Source of the DNA: Acidimicrobiia bacterium
GTDB lineage: Bacteria > Actinomycetota > Acidimicrobiia > Spongiisociales > Spongiisociaceae
Direction of reading: 5' to 3'
Length of the DNA: 64,000 bases
Assembly: GCA_041576165.1 (NCBI GenBank)
Contig: JBFGLM010000001.1
Coordinates: 151,176-215,175 of the forward strand
Below are positions 1-9,723 of the stretch, in pieces. How positions within the stretch are numbered: the stretch's first letter is position 1; each line of letters opens with the position of its first letter. The notes beneath the pieces were generated by a model. That model was not told the DNA's origin, searched no databases, and saw only the letters and a list, made by a program, of their open reading frames with translations. Made by a program: the position numbers and the translations under genes.

Positions 1-648
1 TTCGAGTATCGCTACCCCTGGTATGACATCACCACCGCCAACGTGCTCGTGATCCCCACCGACACCGAGGTCTGCGCCAGAATGACCTCGGACGACGTGC
101 TCCACAATTTCTGGGTGCCCAAGCTGAACGGGAAGCGATATCTGGTACCCGGCCAGCAGACCGAGCTCCGGTTGCTGGCGGTCGAGCCGGGCGAGTATTG
201 GGGACACTGCGCCGAATTCTGCGGACTCAGCCACGCCAAGATGCGGGCACGAGTCGAAGCACTATCACAGTCTGAGTTTGAAGCCTGGGTCTCGAATCAG
301 CAGACGCCCGGCGCGATTCTCGAGGATGACAGCCTGGCGGCGGCCGGACAGCAAATATTCCTGAACGGCGCATGTACCGGCTGCCACAACATCGCCGGCG
401 TGAACGAGATCAATCCCGACGAGGTAGCCGTGTACGGTCCCGACCTCACCCACTTCGCTACCCGAAACGTGTTTGCCGGCGCCGTTCTGCCCGACGGACT
501 CAACCCGACGGAGGCCGAGTACGAAGAGGCGCTTCGGACGTGGCTGGCGAATCCACCGGCAGTCAAGCCCGGCTCCTTCATGGGGAATCAGAACCTCACG
601 GCCGAGGACATCGACGCGTTGATCGCGTACCTGAGGACGCTGGATTGA
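1..648 (+). CDS. ctaC: Cytochrome c oxidase subunit II with fused C-terminal cytochrome c (caa3 type), 5'-truncated by the window edge
   Basis: CuA motifs DVLHNFWVP and CAEFCGLSHAKM, then heme c motif CTGCH and KPGSFM. Confidence 0.95.
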   Translation, partial: FEYRYPWYDITTANVLVIPTDTEVCARMTSDDVLHNFWVPKLNGKRYLVPGQQTELRLLAVEPGEYWGHCAEFCGLSHAKMRARVEALSQSEFEAWVSNQQTPGAILEDDSLAAAGQQIFLNGACTGCHNIAGVNEINPDEVAVYGPDLTHFATRNVFAGAVLPDGLNPTEAEYEEALRTWLANPPAVKPGSFMGNQNLTAEDIDALIAYLRTLD

Positions 649-667
649 TGATCGAAGGGGAGGATTG

Positions 668-2707
668 ATGGCAACCACCACGGCACCATCCGCGAACGCC
701 ACCACGACCATCTTCCGGCGGCCGACGTCACCTTCCGGGATCTGGTCCTGGATCACCACAGCCGATCACAAGAAGATCGGGATCCTCTACGGGTACACCG
801 CGTTTGTGTTCTTCCTCCTCGGTGGTATCGAGGCGCTCCTGCTCCGCATCCAACTCGCCGGGCCCGACGGAGCTTTTCTGACCGCGGCCGAATACAACAG
901 CCTGTTTACCACCCACGCGCTCACGATGATCTTCCTCTTCGTGATGCCGGCATCTGCCGCGTTCTTCAACTATTTGCTTCCCTTGATGATCGGCGCACGT
1001 GATGTGGCGTACCCGCGGATGAACGCGGTCAGCTACTGGATCTTTTTGTTCGGCGGCATCTATCTGTATTCCAGCCTCATCTTCGGAACATCCCCCGCCC
1101 CGGTTGGTGGCAATCTGGTGGGTGGAGCGACCGACGCCAGCTTCCTCGGGGGGATTCCCAACGGCGGCTGGTTCATGTACGCCCCCAACAGCGGCCTCGA
1201 ATATTCTCCCGGCACCTCGCTCGATTACGCCGCAGTCGGTCTACAGATCCTGGGGGCGGCCTCGCTGATCTCGTCGGTGAACTTCATCGTCACTATCTTC
1301 AACATGCGGGCGCGGGGCATGCGCATGCTGCGGATGCCGGTGTTCGTGTGGATGACGCTGATCGTGGCGTTCCTGCTGCTCTTCTCGCTGCCCATAATCG
1401 CCATTGCGTTGTTCATGCTGACCTTCGACCGCCAGTTCGGCACCTTGTTCTTCGTGGCCGAGCAGGGTGGTGATCCGGTCCTCTGGCAGCACCTTTTCTG
1501 GCTGTTCGGCCACCCGGAGGTGTACATCCTGATCCTCCCGGCGATGGGCATCGTGTCGGAAGTGCTTCCCGTGTTCTCGCGCAAGCCCCTCTTTGGCTAT
1601 CCCGCCATCGTGTTCGCCGGCGCGGCCATCGCGTTCCTCGGCTTCGGCGTGTGGGCCCACCACATGTTCTCGTCGGGTATCCCGACGGTCGCCCAGGCCG
1701 CGTTCGGGCTCTCGACCATGACGATCGCCATCCCGACCGGAATCAAGATCTTCAACTGGTTGGGAACGATGTGGGGCGGGCGGATTCGGCTGACCACACC
1801 GATGCTGTTCGCCATCGGATTCGTCTCCCTGTTCGTCATAGGCGGCCTGTCCGGCGTGACGCACTCGATCGTTCCTTCGGACTGGCAGCAGACCGACACG
1901 TACTACATAGTTGCCCACTTCCATTACGTGTTGTTCGGGGGCTCCATATTCGGGTTGTTCAGCGGCATGTACTACTGGTTCCCCAAACTCACCGGGCGCA
2001 TGTACAACGAGGCGCTCGGCAAGATCCATTTCTGGCTCATGTTCATCGGCATGAACCTCACCTTCGGGCCGATGCACTGGCTGGGCCTGCAGGGAATGGT
2101 GCGGCGCACATGGGTATACAGCGCCGACGCCGGGCTCGGGATCTGGAACCTCGTCGTGACGATCGGGGCTTTTATCATCGCAGTCTCGATTTTCGTGTTC
2201 ATGGTCAACTGGTCGTACTCGCGCCGGCGAGGACAGACCGCTCCCCCCGATCCATGGGACGCGCGGACGCTCGAATGGTCGCTCCCCTCACCCACGCCTG
2301 CGTGGAACTTCGGCAAAGAACCCGTGGTGCACGCCCTCGATGATTTCTGGCATCTGAAATATGAGCCGGTTGAAGGCGGGCGGGTGAAGCGGCGGGAGAA
2401 CGCCGACGAGATGATCGCCGAACTCATGGACCTTCACGCCAACCCGGAGGAGGAGATCCATCTGCCGGCACCCTCCTACTTCCCGTTCTTCGTCGGGCTG
2501 GGGGTGCTCCTCATCGGATACGGCATCATCTACCACACCCGGCCCTGGGGGATCGCGCTCATCGTCCTCGGGGGACTCATCGCTGTGGGCTCGTTCATGG
2601 CGTGGGGTACAGAGCCGCTGGAAGAAATCCACGACGACCACCACGACGGGCACGAAGGCGACGAGGCGCACCTCGACGCAGCCGACCTAGCCGGGGTGGA
2701 CGACTGA
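668..2707 (+). CDS. ctaD: Cytochrome c oxidase subunit I (A1 type)
   Basis: DHKKIG, WLFGHPEVY, VWAHHM and AHFHY motifs; SD GGGGAGG before ATG 668. Confidence 0.97.
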   Translation: MATTTAPSANATTTIFRRPTSPSGIWSWITTADHKKIGILYGYTAFVFFLLGGIEALLLRIQLAGPDGAFLTAAEYNSLFTTHALTMIFLFVMPASAAFFNYLLPLMIGARDVAYPRMNAVSYWIFLFGGIYLYSSLIFGTSPAPVGGNLVGGATDASFLGGIPNGGWFMYAPNSGLEYSPGTSLDYAAVGLQILGAASLISSVNFIVTIFNMRARGMRMLRMPVFVWMTLIVAFLLLFSLPIIAIALFMLTFDRQFGTLFFVAEQGGDPVLWQHLFWLFGHPEVYILILPAMGIVSEVLPVFSRKPLFGYPAIVFAGAAIAFLGFGVWAHHMFSSGIPTVAQAAFGLSTMTIAIPTGIKIFNWLGTMWGGRIRLTTPMLFAIGFVSLFVIGGLSGVTHSIVPSDWQQTDTYYIVAHFHYVLFGGSIFGLFSGMYYWFPKLTGRMYNEALGKIHFWLMFIGMNLTFGPMHWLGLQGMVRRTWVYSADAGLGIWNLVVTIGAFIIAVSIFVFMVNWSYSRRRGQTAPPDPWDARTLEWSLPSPTPAWNFGKEPVVHALDDFWHLKYEPVEGGRVKRRENADEMIAELMDLHANPEEEIHLPAPSYFPFFVGLGVLLIGYGIIYHTRPWGIALIVLGGLIAVGSFMAWGTEPLEEIHDDHHDGHEGDEAHLDAADLAGVDD

Positions 2708-3354
2708 TGGCCGACGTCGTCCACGATCCGTACGCAGAGAACGCGCTGGAGATCATGTTCCCCCCATCCGAAGGGGGCCATGCGCACGAGAGCACCGGCA
2801 TCGACAACCGTAAGCTCGGAATGTGGGTGTTCCTGTCCTCGGAGTTCCTCTTCTTCGGTGCCCTGATCACCAACTACCTGCTTTTCAAAGGGCGTAACTT
2901 CGGCGCGAACACCCTGTACCCGGTCGAGCTGTACGACATTCCGTTCACGTCGATCAGCTCGTTCGTCCTGTTGATGAGCTCACTCACCATGGTTTTGGCT
3001 CACAGCGCCCTGGCCAGGGGCGACCAGCAGCAGACCCGCGTGTGGCTCATGGCAACCTCCCTGTTGGGTCTCGTCTTCATTTCGGGTCAGTTCTTCGAAT
3101 TCACCGAGTTCATCCTCGAGGGTCTCAAACTGAACGTGAATCCGGCTGCGTCGGCGTTCTACATGCTCACGGGATTCCACGGCGCCCATGTCGTGATCGG
3201 AGTGCTGATGCTCCTCACCCTGTGGGGATTCTCAATGCGTCGCGGCGGGCTGTCCGAAGCAGAGGGCCTGAACCTCGAACTGGTGGGCCTGTATTGGCAC
3301 TTTGTCGATATTGTGTGGATTGCCATCTTCGTGATCGTGTATCTGATTCAGTAA
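2707..3354 (+). CDS. ctaE: Cytochrome c oxidase subunit III
   Basis: GMWVFLSSEFLFF, TGFHGAHV and YWHFVDIVW; TGATG overlap with ctaD. Confidence 0.95.
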   Translation: MADVVHDPYAENALEIMFPPSEGGHAHESTGIDNRKLGMWVFLSSEFLFFGALITNYLLFKGRNFGANTLYPVELYDIPFTSISSFVLLMSSLTMVLAHSALARGDQQQTRVWLMATSLLGLVFISGQFFEFTEFILEGLKLNVNPAASAFYMLTGFHGAHVVIGVLMLLTLWGFSMRRGGLSEAEGLNLELVGLYWHFVDIVWIAIFVIVYLIQ

Positions 3355-3363
3355 GGACGAACG

Positions 3364-3699
3364 ATGAGCGCCGAGGCCTCAACCCATAGCGAGCACCACG
3401 TTCACCACCCGCAGCCGAGCGAATACATCAAGATTGCGGTGGTGCTGGCTGTCCTCACGGCGATGGAAGTTGCGCTGTTCTATCTCGAGGAGGGGGTGGA
3501 TGCCATCGGCCAGTCGATCACGGTGCCGCTGCTTTTGATACTCAGTGCGCTCAAGTTTGTGATCGTTGTCGGCTGGTACATGCACCTGCGGTTCGAGAAG
3601 AGCTTCCTGACCCGGTTCTTTTCGATCGGCGCGATTCTGGCGGTCGGCCTCTACTTCATCACGCTGGCTGCGCTCGGCGCAATCAGTATCTTCGGATAG
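3364..3699 (+). CDS. ctaF: Cytochrome c oxidase subunit IV family protein
   Basis: Three TM segments, KF..V..YMHLRFE motif, operon position. Confidence 0.85.
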   Translation: MSAEASTHSEHHVHHPQPSEYIKIAVVLAVLTAMEVALFYLEEGVDAIGQSITVPLLLILSALKFVIVVGWYMHLRFEKSFLTRFFSIGAILAVGLYFITLAALGAISIFG

Positions 3700-3705
3700 A
3701 CGGCG

Positions 3706-4596
3706 ATGGGCGTGTCCCCGGCCTCGCTCGCGGCGCCGGTGCCGACCCAAGCCCTCACCGGCCAGGCGTCATCGCTGGACGAGGCATTGACCTGGCATCC
3801 CCACGTGGACGTATGGCTGGTGCTATTCGTCTTGGGCTTCGGCTATTGGTTTGCCGTCACCCGTCTCGCCCCGCGCAACCTCCCGAATGGTGATACCGCA
3901 GTCACCGGCGGTCAGGTGGCGTCGTTCGTCGCCGGGCTGGTGATGCTCTGGGTTGTGTCCGACTGGCCCATCCACGATCTAGCGGAGGACTCTTTGTTCC
4001 TGTTCCATATGCTGGAGCACGTGGTGTTGGTGCTGGTCGTGCCACCGCTGCTGCTGCAGGGAACACCAAAATGGCTGGCCCGGATGGTACTCGGGGGCCG
4101 GCGGGTTCTTCCGGTCGTGCGCCAGCTGGCCCGGCCCGTGCCCGCCTTCTTCATCTTCAACGTCCTCATGGTCGGTATTCACTGGCCATACGTCGTAGAC
4201 CTCATGGTGCGTAATCCCCTCGCCCATTTCGGCATCCACGCCGCCCTGTTCATCGCTGCGATCAACATGTGGCTACCGGTGTTCTCCCCACTGCCGGAGA
4301 TACCCCGCATGTCCCCACCCCTGCGGATGTTGTACTTGTTCCTGTTGTCCCTCGGCCCGACCGTGCCGGCGTCCTTCCTGACGTTTGGTCGCGAGCCCAT
4401 CTACGCGTGGTATCGCACGACGCCGAAACCATGGGGACTCGACGCGATCACGGATCAGACACTGGCCGGCCTGCTCATGAAGCTCGGGGGTGGGCTCATC
4501 CTGTGGGCGATCATCGTCGTCCTATGGTTTCGCTGGTACGCCGACGAGCAACGTTGGGATGAGCTGGAAGCGGAGCTGCGCCGGACGCCGTCGTGA
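3706..4596 (+). CDS. ctaG: Cytochrome c oxidase assembly factor, caa3 CtaG family
   Basis: LFLFHMLEH, PPLLL and DQTLAGLLMK motifs; multi-TM. Confidence 0.88.
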   Translation: MGVSPASLAAPVPTQALTGQASSLDEALTWHPHVDVWLVLFVLGFGYWFAVTRLAPRNLPNGDTAVTGGQVASFVAGLVMLWVVSDWPIHDLAEDSLFLFHMLEHVVLVLVVPPLLLQGTPKWLARMVLGGRRVLPVVRQLARPVPAFFIFNVLMVGIHWPYVVDLMVRNPLAHFGIHAALFIAAINMWLPVFSPLPEIPRMSPPLRMLYLFLLSLGPTVPASFLTFGREPIYAWYRTTPKPWGLDAITDQTLAGLLMKLGGGLILWAIIVVLWFRWYADEQRWDELEAELRRTPS

Positions 4597-4898
4597 GACG
4601 CGCGGTAGTGGAGATATCGATCTTCGTTCTGGTGGCCGCGTGCGGCTCCGGCAACGTCGTACGCGGCGTGGTGATCGACGTCACCGGAGACCTCGAGGGT
4701 GTCACGTCGTTCACACTGCGGGCCGACGGGGGCGAAATCATCGAACTGGTGCCGGATCCAGACGGGGCGTTCGCGTTCCCACTGACTCATTTGCAGGAAC
4801 ACCGCCAGTCGCTGACACCGGTGGCCGTCACCTTCGAAGAGCGGGGTGGAGTCAAAGTCGCCGTTTCGATAGCCGACGCAGACGGTGACCAGCACTGA
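4593..4898 (+). CDS. Small hypothetical lipoprotein at the end of the cta operon
   Basis: GTGA overlap with ctaG; lipobox VAAC. Confidence 0.7.
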   Translation: MRRAVVEISIFVLVAACGSGNVVRGVVIDVTGDLEGVTSFTLRADGGEIIELVPDPDGAFAFPLTHLQEHRQSLTPVAVTFEERGGVKVAVSIADADGDQH

Positions 4899-4943
4899 GA
4901 CGGTGCGCAGCGCTGGAGCGGATAGGGTAGCGCCGGGGCGGAC

Positions 4944-6188
4944 TCAGCCGCCCGCTTGCTCACCCTCAGCCGGGGTTTCTCCTTCGGCGGGCGCTTCTCC
5001 TTCGGCGGGCGCTTCACCTTCGGCTGGCTGCTCTGCCACCGCCGGCTCGGTGTGCTCTTCCCCTTCTGCGTGGCCGTCGGCGCTCAACTGGGACGCTACG
5101 CCGGCGACGAGGATGAGCGCTACTCCCACGCCGGCGATGGCCAGGAGAAACTCGCCGCGAGAAATCCGCATGTTGGGCAGGCTCGCCATGAGGAAGGCAA
5201 ACGTGAGAATGAGCAGCGAAACCAGCATGGCAATCAGCGGCGCGAATTCGTGGAACGTGACGAGCAAAGAGCCAAGTGGGATGACAAACCCGGCGATGGC
5301 GATGGCGGCAACCATCGGTATCATCAGCCCGGTGCTGATGCGCTGGCGAACCTCTTCCTCGTCCTCCTCGTGGTGGGCCGCCGGGATGCCGAGCACCTGC
5401 GTCATGGCCCCGGTGATCGCACCTAGCAGCGCCCCACCGAGCAGGATGACCACGAGCCCGGACCGCACGCTCAACAAGACACCCCCCGTGACGGACTCCT
5501 CGCCGGTTGCCACGAGGACGCCGCCTGCGACGAAGCCCAGCACCAAGCCGGTGATCGCACCCACGATCACCGCGCTCCGGGTCGTGCCCCGCAGGGCATA
5601 GCTGCGACTGGTATAGCTGGGAACCGCCCGGGCGGCCACAGCGATGATGGCGCCGAATATCGCCGACACAACTCCGATCGTCACCGTGGCGGCAGTTGGC
5701 GTCACGGCCACGGCTGCTTCGGGAGCCTCGCCGACGACATCGGCCCGACCGATGATCAGTGGACTGGAGAGCACCATCCCGATCAGCCCGAACACGGCGC
5801 CCAGCACCGCCCCTACCGCAGCACCGAAGCGAAGTCGCTCTCTGAGCGGGGCGGGCTCGACCTCCTCCTCGTCTTCCTCCACGACCAGCACGGCCGCCGC
5901 GGCCGGTGCAGCAGTGGCGGCCGGCACCGATTCTTCTGCGACGGCGGGCGCCGGTTCCGCCTCGGCTGCCGGGGTCGGCTCGGCGGCTTCGGCTGGCTCA
6001 GGAGCAGGCGGCGCTTCCAATTCAGGCGACGTCGTACCGCCTCCGACCGCATCACCACCGGCCCATGCCGCCAGCACGTCGTCGACCGAGACGCCTTGCG
6101 CGCTGGCACGGGCCGCGGCTGATCGCATCACTAGTTCTTCGGGAGCGCCGGCCAGCTTTGCGGAGACGGCGGCAACCAAGTCAGACAT
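4944..6188 (-). CDS. Hypothetical multi-pass membrane protein with Pro/Ala/Glu linker and PAEGE repeats
   Basis: 414-aa ORF with about 7 hydrophobic segments. Confidence 0.75.
   Translation of the reverse strand: MSDLVAAVSAKLAGAPEELVMRSAAARASAQGVSVDDVLAAWAGGDAVGGGTTSPELEAPPAPEPAEAAEPTPAAEAEPAPAVAEESVPAATAAPAAAAVLVVEEDEEEVEPAPLRERLRFGAAVGAVLGAVFGLIGMVLSSPLIIGRADVVGEAPEAAVAVTPTAATVTIGVVSAIFGAIIAVAARAVPSYTSRSYALRGTTRSAVIVGAITGLVLGFVAGGVLVATGEESVTGGVLLSVRSGLVVILLGGALLGAITGAMTQVLGIPAAHHEEDEEEVRQRISTGLMIPMVAAIAIAGFVIPLGSLLVTFHEFAPLIAMLVSLLILTFAFLMASLPNMRISRGEFLLAIAGVGVALILVAGVASQLSADGHAEGEEHTEPAVAEQPAEGEAPAEGEAPAEGETPAEGEQAGG
4957..5028 (-). repeat. Four imperfect 18-bp tandem repeats encoding PAEGEx
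   Basis: PAEGEA-PAEGEA-PAEGET-PAEGEQ at the C-terminus. Confidence 0.85.
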
Positions 6189-6199
6189 CGGCGGCGATA

Positions 6200-6412
6200 T
6201 TAGTCCGAACCTGACCGGCGTCTGCCGTCACGGTCGCTATCCGCGTTATCCGGGTCGTCCGAGCCGGGCGGTGTGAGCTCCTGCTCATGCTCGGCCCGGC
6301 GGCGGGCGCGACGCTCTGCCCAACGAAGGGCCAGCACCGCCAGGCCGGCCGGCACGACGAACCACAAGATCTCGTCCCAACCGCCCTGATGCGCCAGCTG
6401 CCAATCAATCAT
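6200..6412 (-). CDS. Small membrane protein (70 aa)
   Basis: MIDWQLAHQGGWDEILWFVVP, single TM; GGAG and TACAAT upstream; 11 bp upstream of the next gene. Confidence 0.65.
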   Translation of the reverse strand: MIDWQLAHQGGWDEILWFVVPAGLAVLALRWAERRARRRAEHEQELTPPGSDDPDNADSDRDGRRRSGSD

Positions 6413-6683
6413 GTTCCATGCTCCGATCACGCCATTGTACGGAGGGCGACGCCGAGCAGTGCTCCCGGCGAAAGTCGGTGAACCGCGGGTCCCTTTGGTT
6501 CCGTAGAATGATCGAGATGACGGACTGTGTGGGCCGGCGGTCGAGCCCCGGACTGTCCGGTGCGGATAATCCCGACATTGACCGGCCGGCCTGAACGTTG
6601 CCGCGGTCGCAAACTGCAACGCGTGCCTCGACGCGTACCTCAAATAGCCACGTAACATTGGGCCCGAGACTGATTGAATTGAG

Positions 6684-7331
6684 ATGGAGACCCTTATCCG
6701 TAACCGAGCGGTGCTGCCAGTCCTCTCTCTCGCTTTCGTGCTGCTCGCCGCCGCGTGCGGTTCAGGGGACAAGGGCAACGTATATGAGGACCCCGATGAA
6801 CGTGTCTTGTTCGAGCTACCCGACGGATGGAACGTCTACGAGCAGGACGAGCTGATGGGGCTGAGCGACGTCCCGTTCGCAACTGATACCTCTGATCTGC
6901 CCGTCATCTCGAGTGTTGCATTTGACGGGGCACCCGGGCGCAGCGTCGACAACCTGGTGACGTCGATCGCCAGCGCCAACTACCCGATCGGCTCTCAGGT
7001 GATCCGGTCGGTGTCGTCCGACCAGCGTGACCTCCTATCCAGGTCGCTGCTCGAGGACACCGTCTTCTCGTACAACCGGCTGGAGTCTGCCCAAGAAATC
7101 GTCAACGAGGACTTCTCGTTCGGAAGCGATTATGACGGTATTCGGCGCTTTGTCGGCTTCGTCGACGGCACCACGTCGGAACAGGGAGCGATCTATTTCG
7201 TTTCGGTCACCGATCCGACCGATTCGACGATCTACACGATGGCCGCCGGATGCTCGGTGGCGTGCTTCCAGCAGTATCAGGCCGAGATCCAAGAGGTGGT
7301 TGACTCATGGCTGGTGAACACGAACCAGTAG
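6684..7331 (+). CDS. Lipoprotein, possibly PsbP/DcrB-like fold
   Basis: Lipobox LAAAC; FELPDGW motif; C-terminal CxxxC. Confidence 0.75.
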   Translation: METLIRNRAVLPVLSLAFVLLAAACGSGDKGNVYEDPDERVLFELPDGWNVYEQDELMGLSDVPFATDTSDLPVISSVAFDGAPGRSVDNLVTSIASANYPIGSQVIRSVSSDQRDLLSRSLLEDTVFSYNRLESAQEIVNEDFSFGSDYDGIRRFVGFVDGTTSEQGAIYFVSVTDPTDSTIYTMAAGCSVACFQQYQAEIQEVVDSWLVNTNQ

Positions 7332-9664
7332 AGCCCGAACCAGTAGAAGCCGAACCGGTAGAGGCCAAGACAATCCACAGGGGCACGGGCAACCAGGAGC
7401 CGCCGCCGCAACCACGCCGAAAGAGCCAGCCCTGGGATCGGTTGAAGATCCTCGTGCTGCTCGGCTTCTTCCTTGCGTTCATGCTCTCGGCGAAGATCAA
7501 CGCTCCGTTCACGAGCTTCGAGGAAGCGCTGGCAGAGCTCTGGTACGAAACTATCGGCCGTGCCCTCATGATCGGCTTCGGGCTCGAGCTGTTGCGCCAG
7601 CTGCACTATCTGATCGCGGAACGTTCGGCGCGGTACTGGAAGTTCTGGCAGGAGGGCCTGTTCGGCGGCGTCGAGCGACAGGCCCAAAAGCGGCTCAGTC
7701 CCTGGACCCGCTTCAGGCTTGGCCGGTACGTGCGGATCATCATCGTCCTGTTGATCTTCGGAGCCATCGTCGACTATTTCGTCGACGGCGTGAGCGGCCC
7801 GGTAGAGGCGCTGATCCAGTCACCGCGGATCATCGCCCGCAACCTGCAGCAGTTCATCTTCTTCCTGTTTGCCCCGCTGTACCTCATCATCCAGTTCGGT
7901 GCGCTCTTCTGGTTCCTCTCCCGGGGTGGCGTCGACACGGTGATGCCCGAGGAGATCAAGACGCGCTACGGCGACGTCTGGGGCCAGGACCACGTGCTGG
8001 AGCTGGTCCGCGAGAACGTCGGCTTCCTCGAGAAACCGGACGAGATCGAAGCCAAGGGGGGCTACATCCCTGGCGGAATTCTGCTCTGGGGGCCTCCCGG
8101 CACTGGCAAGACCCTGATCGCCGAGGCCACGGCCGGCGAGGTGGGGGTGCCGTTCGTGTTCGTCGATCCGGGGGCATTCATCAACATGTTCTTCGGGGTC
8201 GGCATCCTGAAGGTCAAAGGCCTGTTCCGAAAGCTCCGCAAGATCTCATTGCGCCACGGCGGGGTGGTCGTGTTCTTCGACGAGGCCGATTCGCTCGGAA
8301 GTCGCGGCAATCTAGCCCAAGGCCAGTTCGGCCAACCCATGGACGAATTCAACACCACTATCGACGCCTGCCATGGGTTCTCCTACCTGTCGTCGAACAG
8401 CCAGCAGCTGATCATGCGCGACTTCCTCAGCAGAGCGGTGCCGGACCCCCAAGACTCCGGCGCCGGCCAGCCGCGCCGGATCATCATGGGCGGCGGCGGG
8501 GGTGGCGGCGGCATGGGCACACTCCAAGCTCTCCTCACCGAGATCTCGGGCCTCACCAAACCCCGGGGCCTATCGAACCGTCTCCGCAAGAGCCTGGGCA
8601 TGAAGCCGAAGGCGCCGCCCAAGTACCGCATCTTCATCATGATGGCGTCGAACATGCCCCAGGCTCTAGACGAGGCGCTGCTGCGGCCGGGGCGGATCGA
8701 CCGGATCTACCGCGTCGGCTACCCCAGTCGGGAAGGACGCATCGCCACGCTCGAGGGCTATCTCGACAAGGTGGATCACGAGCTCACCCAGGAGCAAATC
8801 ATCGATTTGGCGGTCAAGACGCCCTACTACTCCGGAGCGAAGATCAAAGACCTCGTCAACGAAGCCTTGATCCTGGCTATGCGCGACGACCGCGAGGTCA
8901 TCACCTGGGAGGACATCTGGAAAGCCAAGCTCCTCAAGGAGTTGGGTCCGTCGGAACGCACCGAGTACATCGACCGGGAACGCCACGCCATTGCGGTCCA
9001 CGAGGCATGCCATGCAGTGATCGCCCACTTGATGCTGTCGGATCAGGAGATCGACATGGCCACCATCCAGCGGCATTCGAGCGCACTGGGCATGGTGAAA
9101 CCGATCCAGATGGAGGATCGGGTCACCCGCTGGAAGACCGAGTACGAAGGCGAGATCATGACCTCGATCGCCTCGCTGGTCGGTGAACGGCTCTTCTTCG
9201 ACGGCGACAACTCGTCGGGCGTGAGTTCGGACCTCCAGAACGCCACCCGGCTGGCGTCGTATATGCACGGCGTCTACGGCATGGGTGAGGCGGTGTCATC
9301 GCTCGCAGTGCTGGCGGCCGGACGGTACGGGACGCCGGACCCGAGCCCCGACATCCTGAAACGGCGAGGAAAAGGCGTGGAGGAAATCCTCCAGCAGCTC
9401 TATCAAGAGACCCACGACTTGCTGGTAGAGCACCGGGAGAAAGTCCTGGCGATTGCGGCTGCTCTTGAAGACCGCAAGACGCTGTCGGGTGCGGAGATCA
9501 CCGACATCATGGGCTCCGAGCCGGGCTCGCTGGCGCATGGTCGATCGGGTACCTGGCGCCGCATCGATCCCAACCGGGCGCTGCAAGCGGCCGGGCTGCT
9601 CGAGGAGCCGGCGGCGGCGGCGGCGCAGATGGTCGAGGCCAGTGACGATCCGCTCGACGAATAG
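7307..9664 (+). CDS. FtsH-like membrane AAA+ ATPase / M41 zinc metalloprotease (divergent paralog)
   Basis: Walker A GPPGTGKT, Walker B FFDEAD, SRH ALLRPGRIDR, HEACH zinc motif, N-terminal TMs. Confidence 0.9.
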   Translation: MAGEHEPVEPEPVEAEPVEAKTIHRGTGNQEPPPQPRRKSQPWDRLKILVLLGFFLAFMLSAKINAPFTSFEEALAELWYETIGRALMIGFGLELLRQLHYLIAERSARYWKFWQEGLFGGVERQAQKRLSPWTRFRLGRYVRIIIVLLIFGAIVDYFVDGVSGPVEALIQSPRIIARNLQQFIFFLFAPLYLIIQFGALFWFLSRGGVDTVMPEEIKTRYGDVWGQDHVLELVRENVGFLEKPDEIEAKGGYIPGGILLWGPPGTGKTLIAEATAGEVGVPFVFVDPGAFINMFFGVGILKVKGLFRKLRKISLRHGGVVVFFDEADSLGSRGNLAQGQFGQPMDEFNTTIDACHGFSYLSSNSQQLIMRDFLSRAVPDPQDSGAGQPRRIIMGGGGGGGGMGTLQALLTEISGLTKPRGLSNRLRKSLGMKPKAPPKYRIFIMMASNMPQALDEALLRPGRIDRIYRVGYPSREGRIATLEGYLDKVDHELTQEQIIDLAVKTPYYSGAKIKDLVNEALILAMRDDREVITWEDIWKAKLLKELGPSERTEYIDRERHAIAVHEACHAVIAHLMLSDQEIDMATIQRHSSALGMVKPIQMEDRVTRWKTEYEGEIMTSIASLVGERLFFDGDNSSGVSSDLQNATRLASYMHGVYGMGEAVSSLAVLAAGRYGTPDPSPDILKRRGKGVEEILQQLYQETHDLLVEHREKVLAIAAALEDRKTLSGAEITDIMGSEPGSLAHGRSGTWRRIDPNRALQAAGLLEEPAAAAAQMVEASDDPLDE
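7321..7365 (+). repeat. Three imperfect 15-bp tandem repeats (EPVE[P/A])
   Basis: cgaaccagtagagcc / cgaaccagtagaagc / cgaaccggtagaggc. Confidence 0.85.
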
Positions 9665-9684
9665 GCGCCAGCTTCAAACTACTT

Positions 9685-9714
9685 GCTGAGGGCCGGACGA
9701 GTCCGGCGCTCAGC
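9685..9714. terminator. Hairpin between convergent genes
   Basis: gctgag-g-gccggac ga gtccggc-g-ctcagc inverted repeat. Confidence 0.6.
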
Positions 9715-9723
9715 GCGTGCTGG

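Noticed and set aside
9661-9720. CTTCAAA as a possible tRNA-Sec anticodon loop (also near 44987)
   Set aside because: No anticodon stem, T-loop or acceptor stem; the 9685-9714 hairpin fits a terminator
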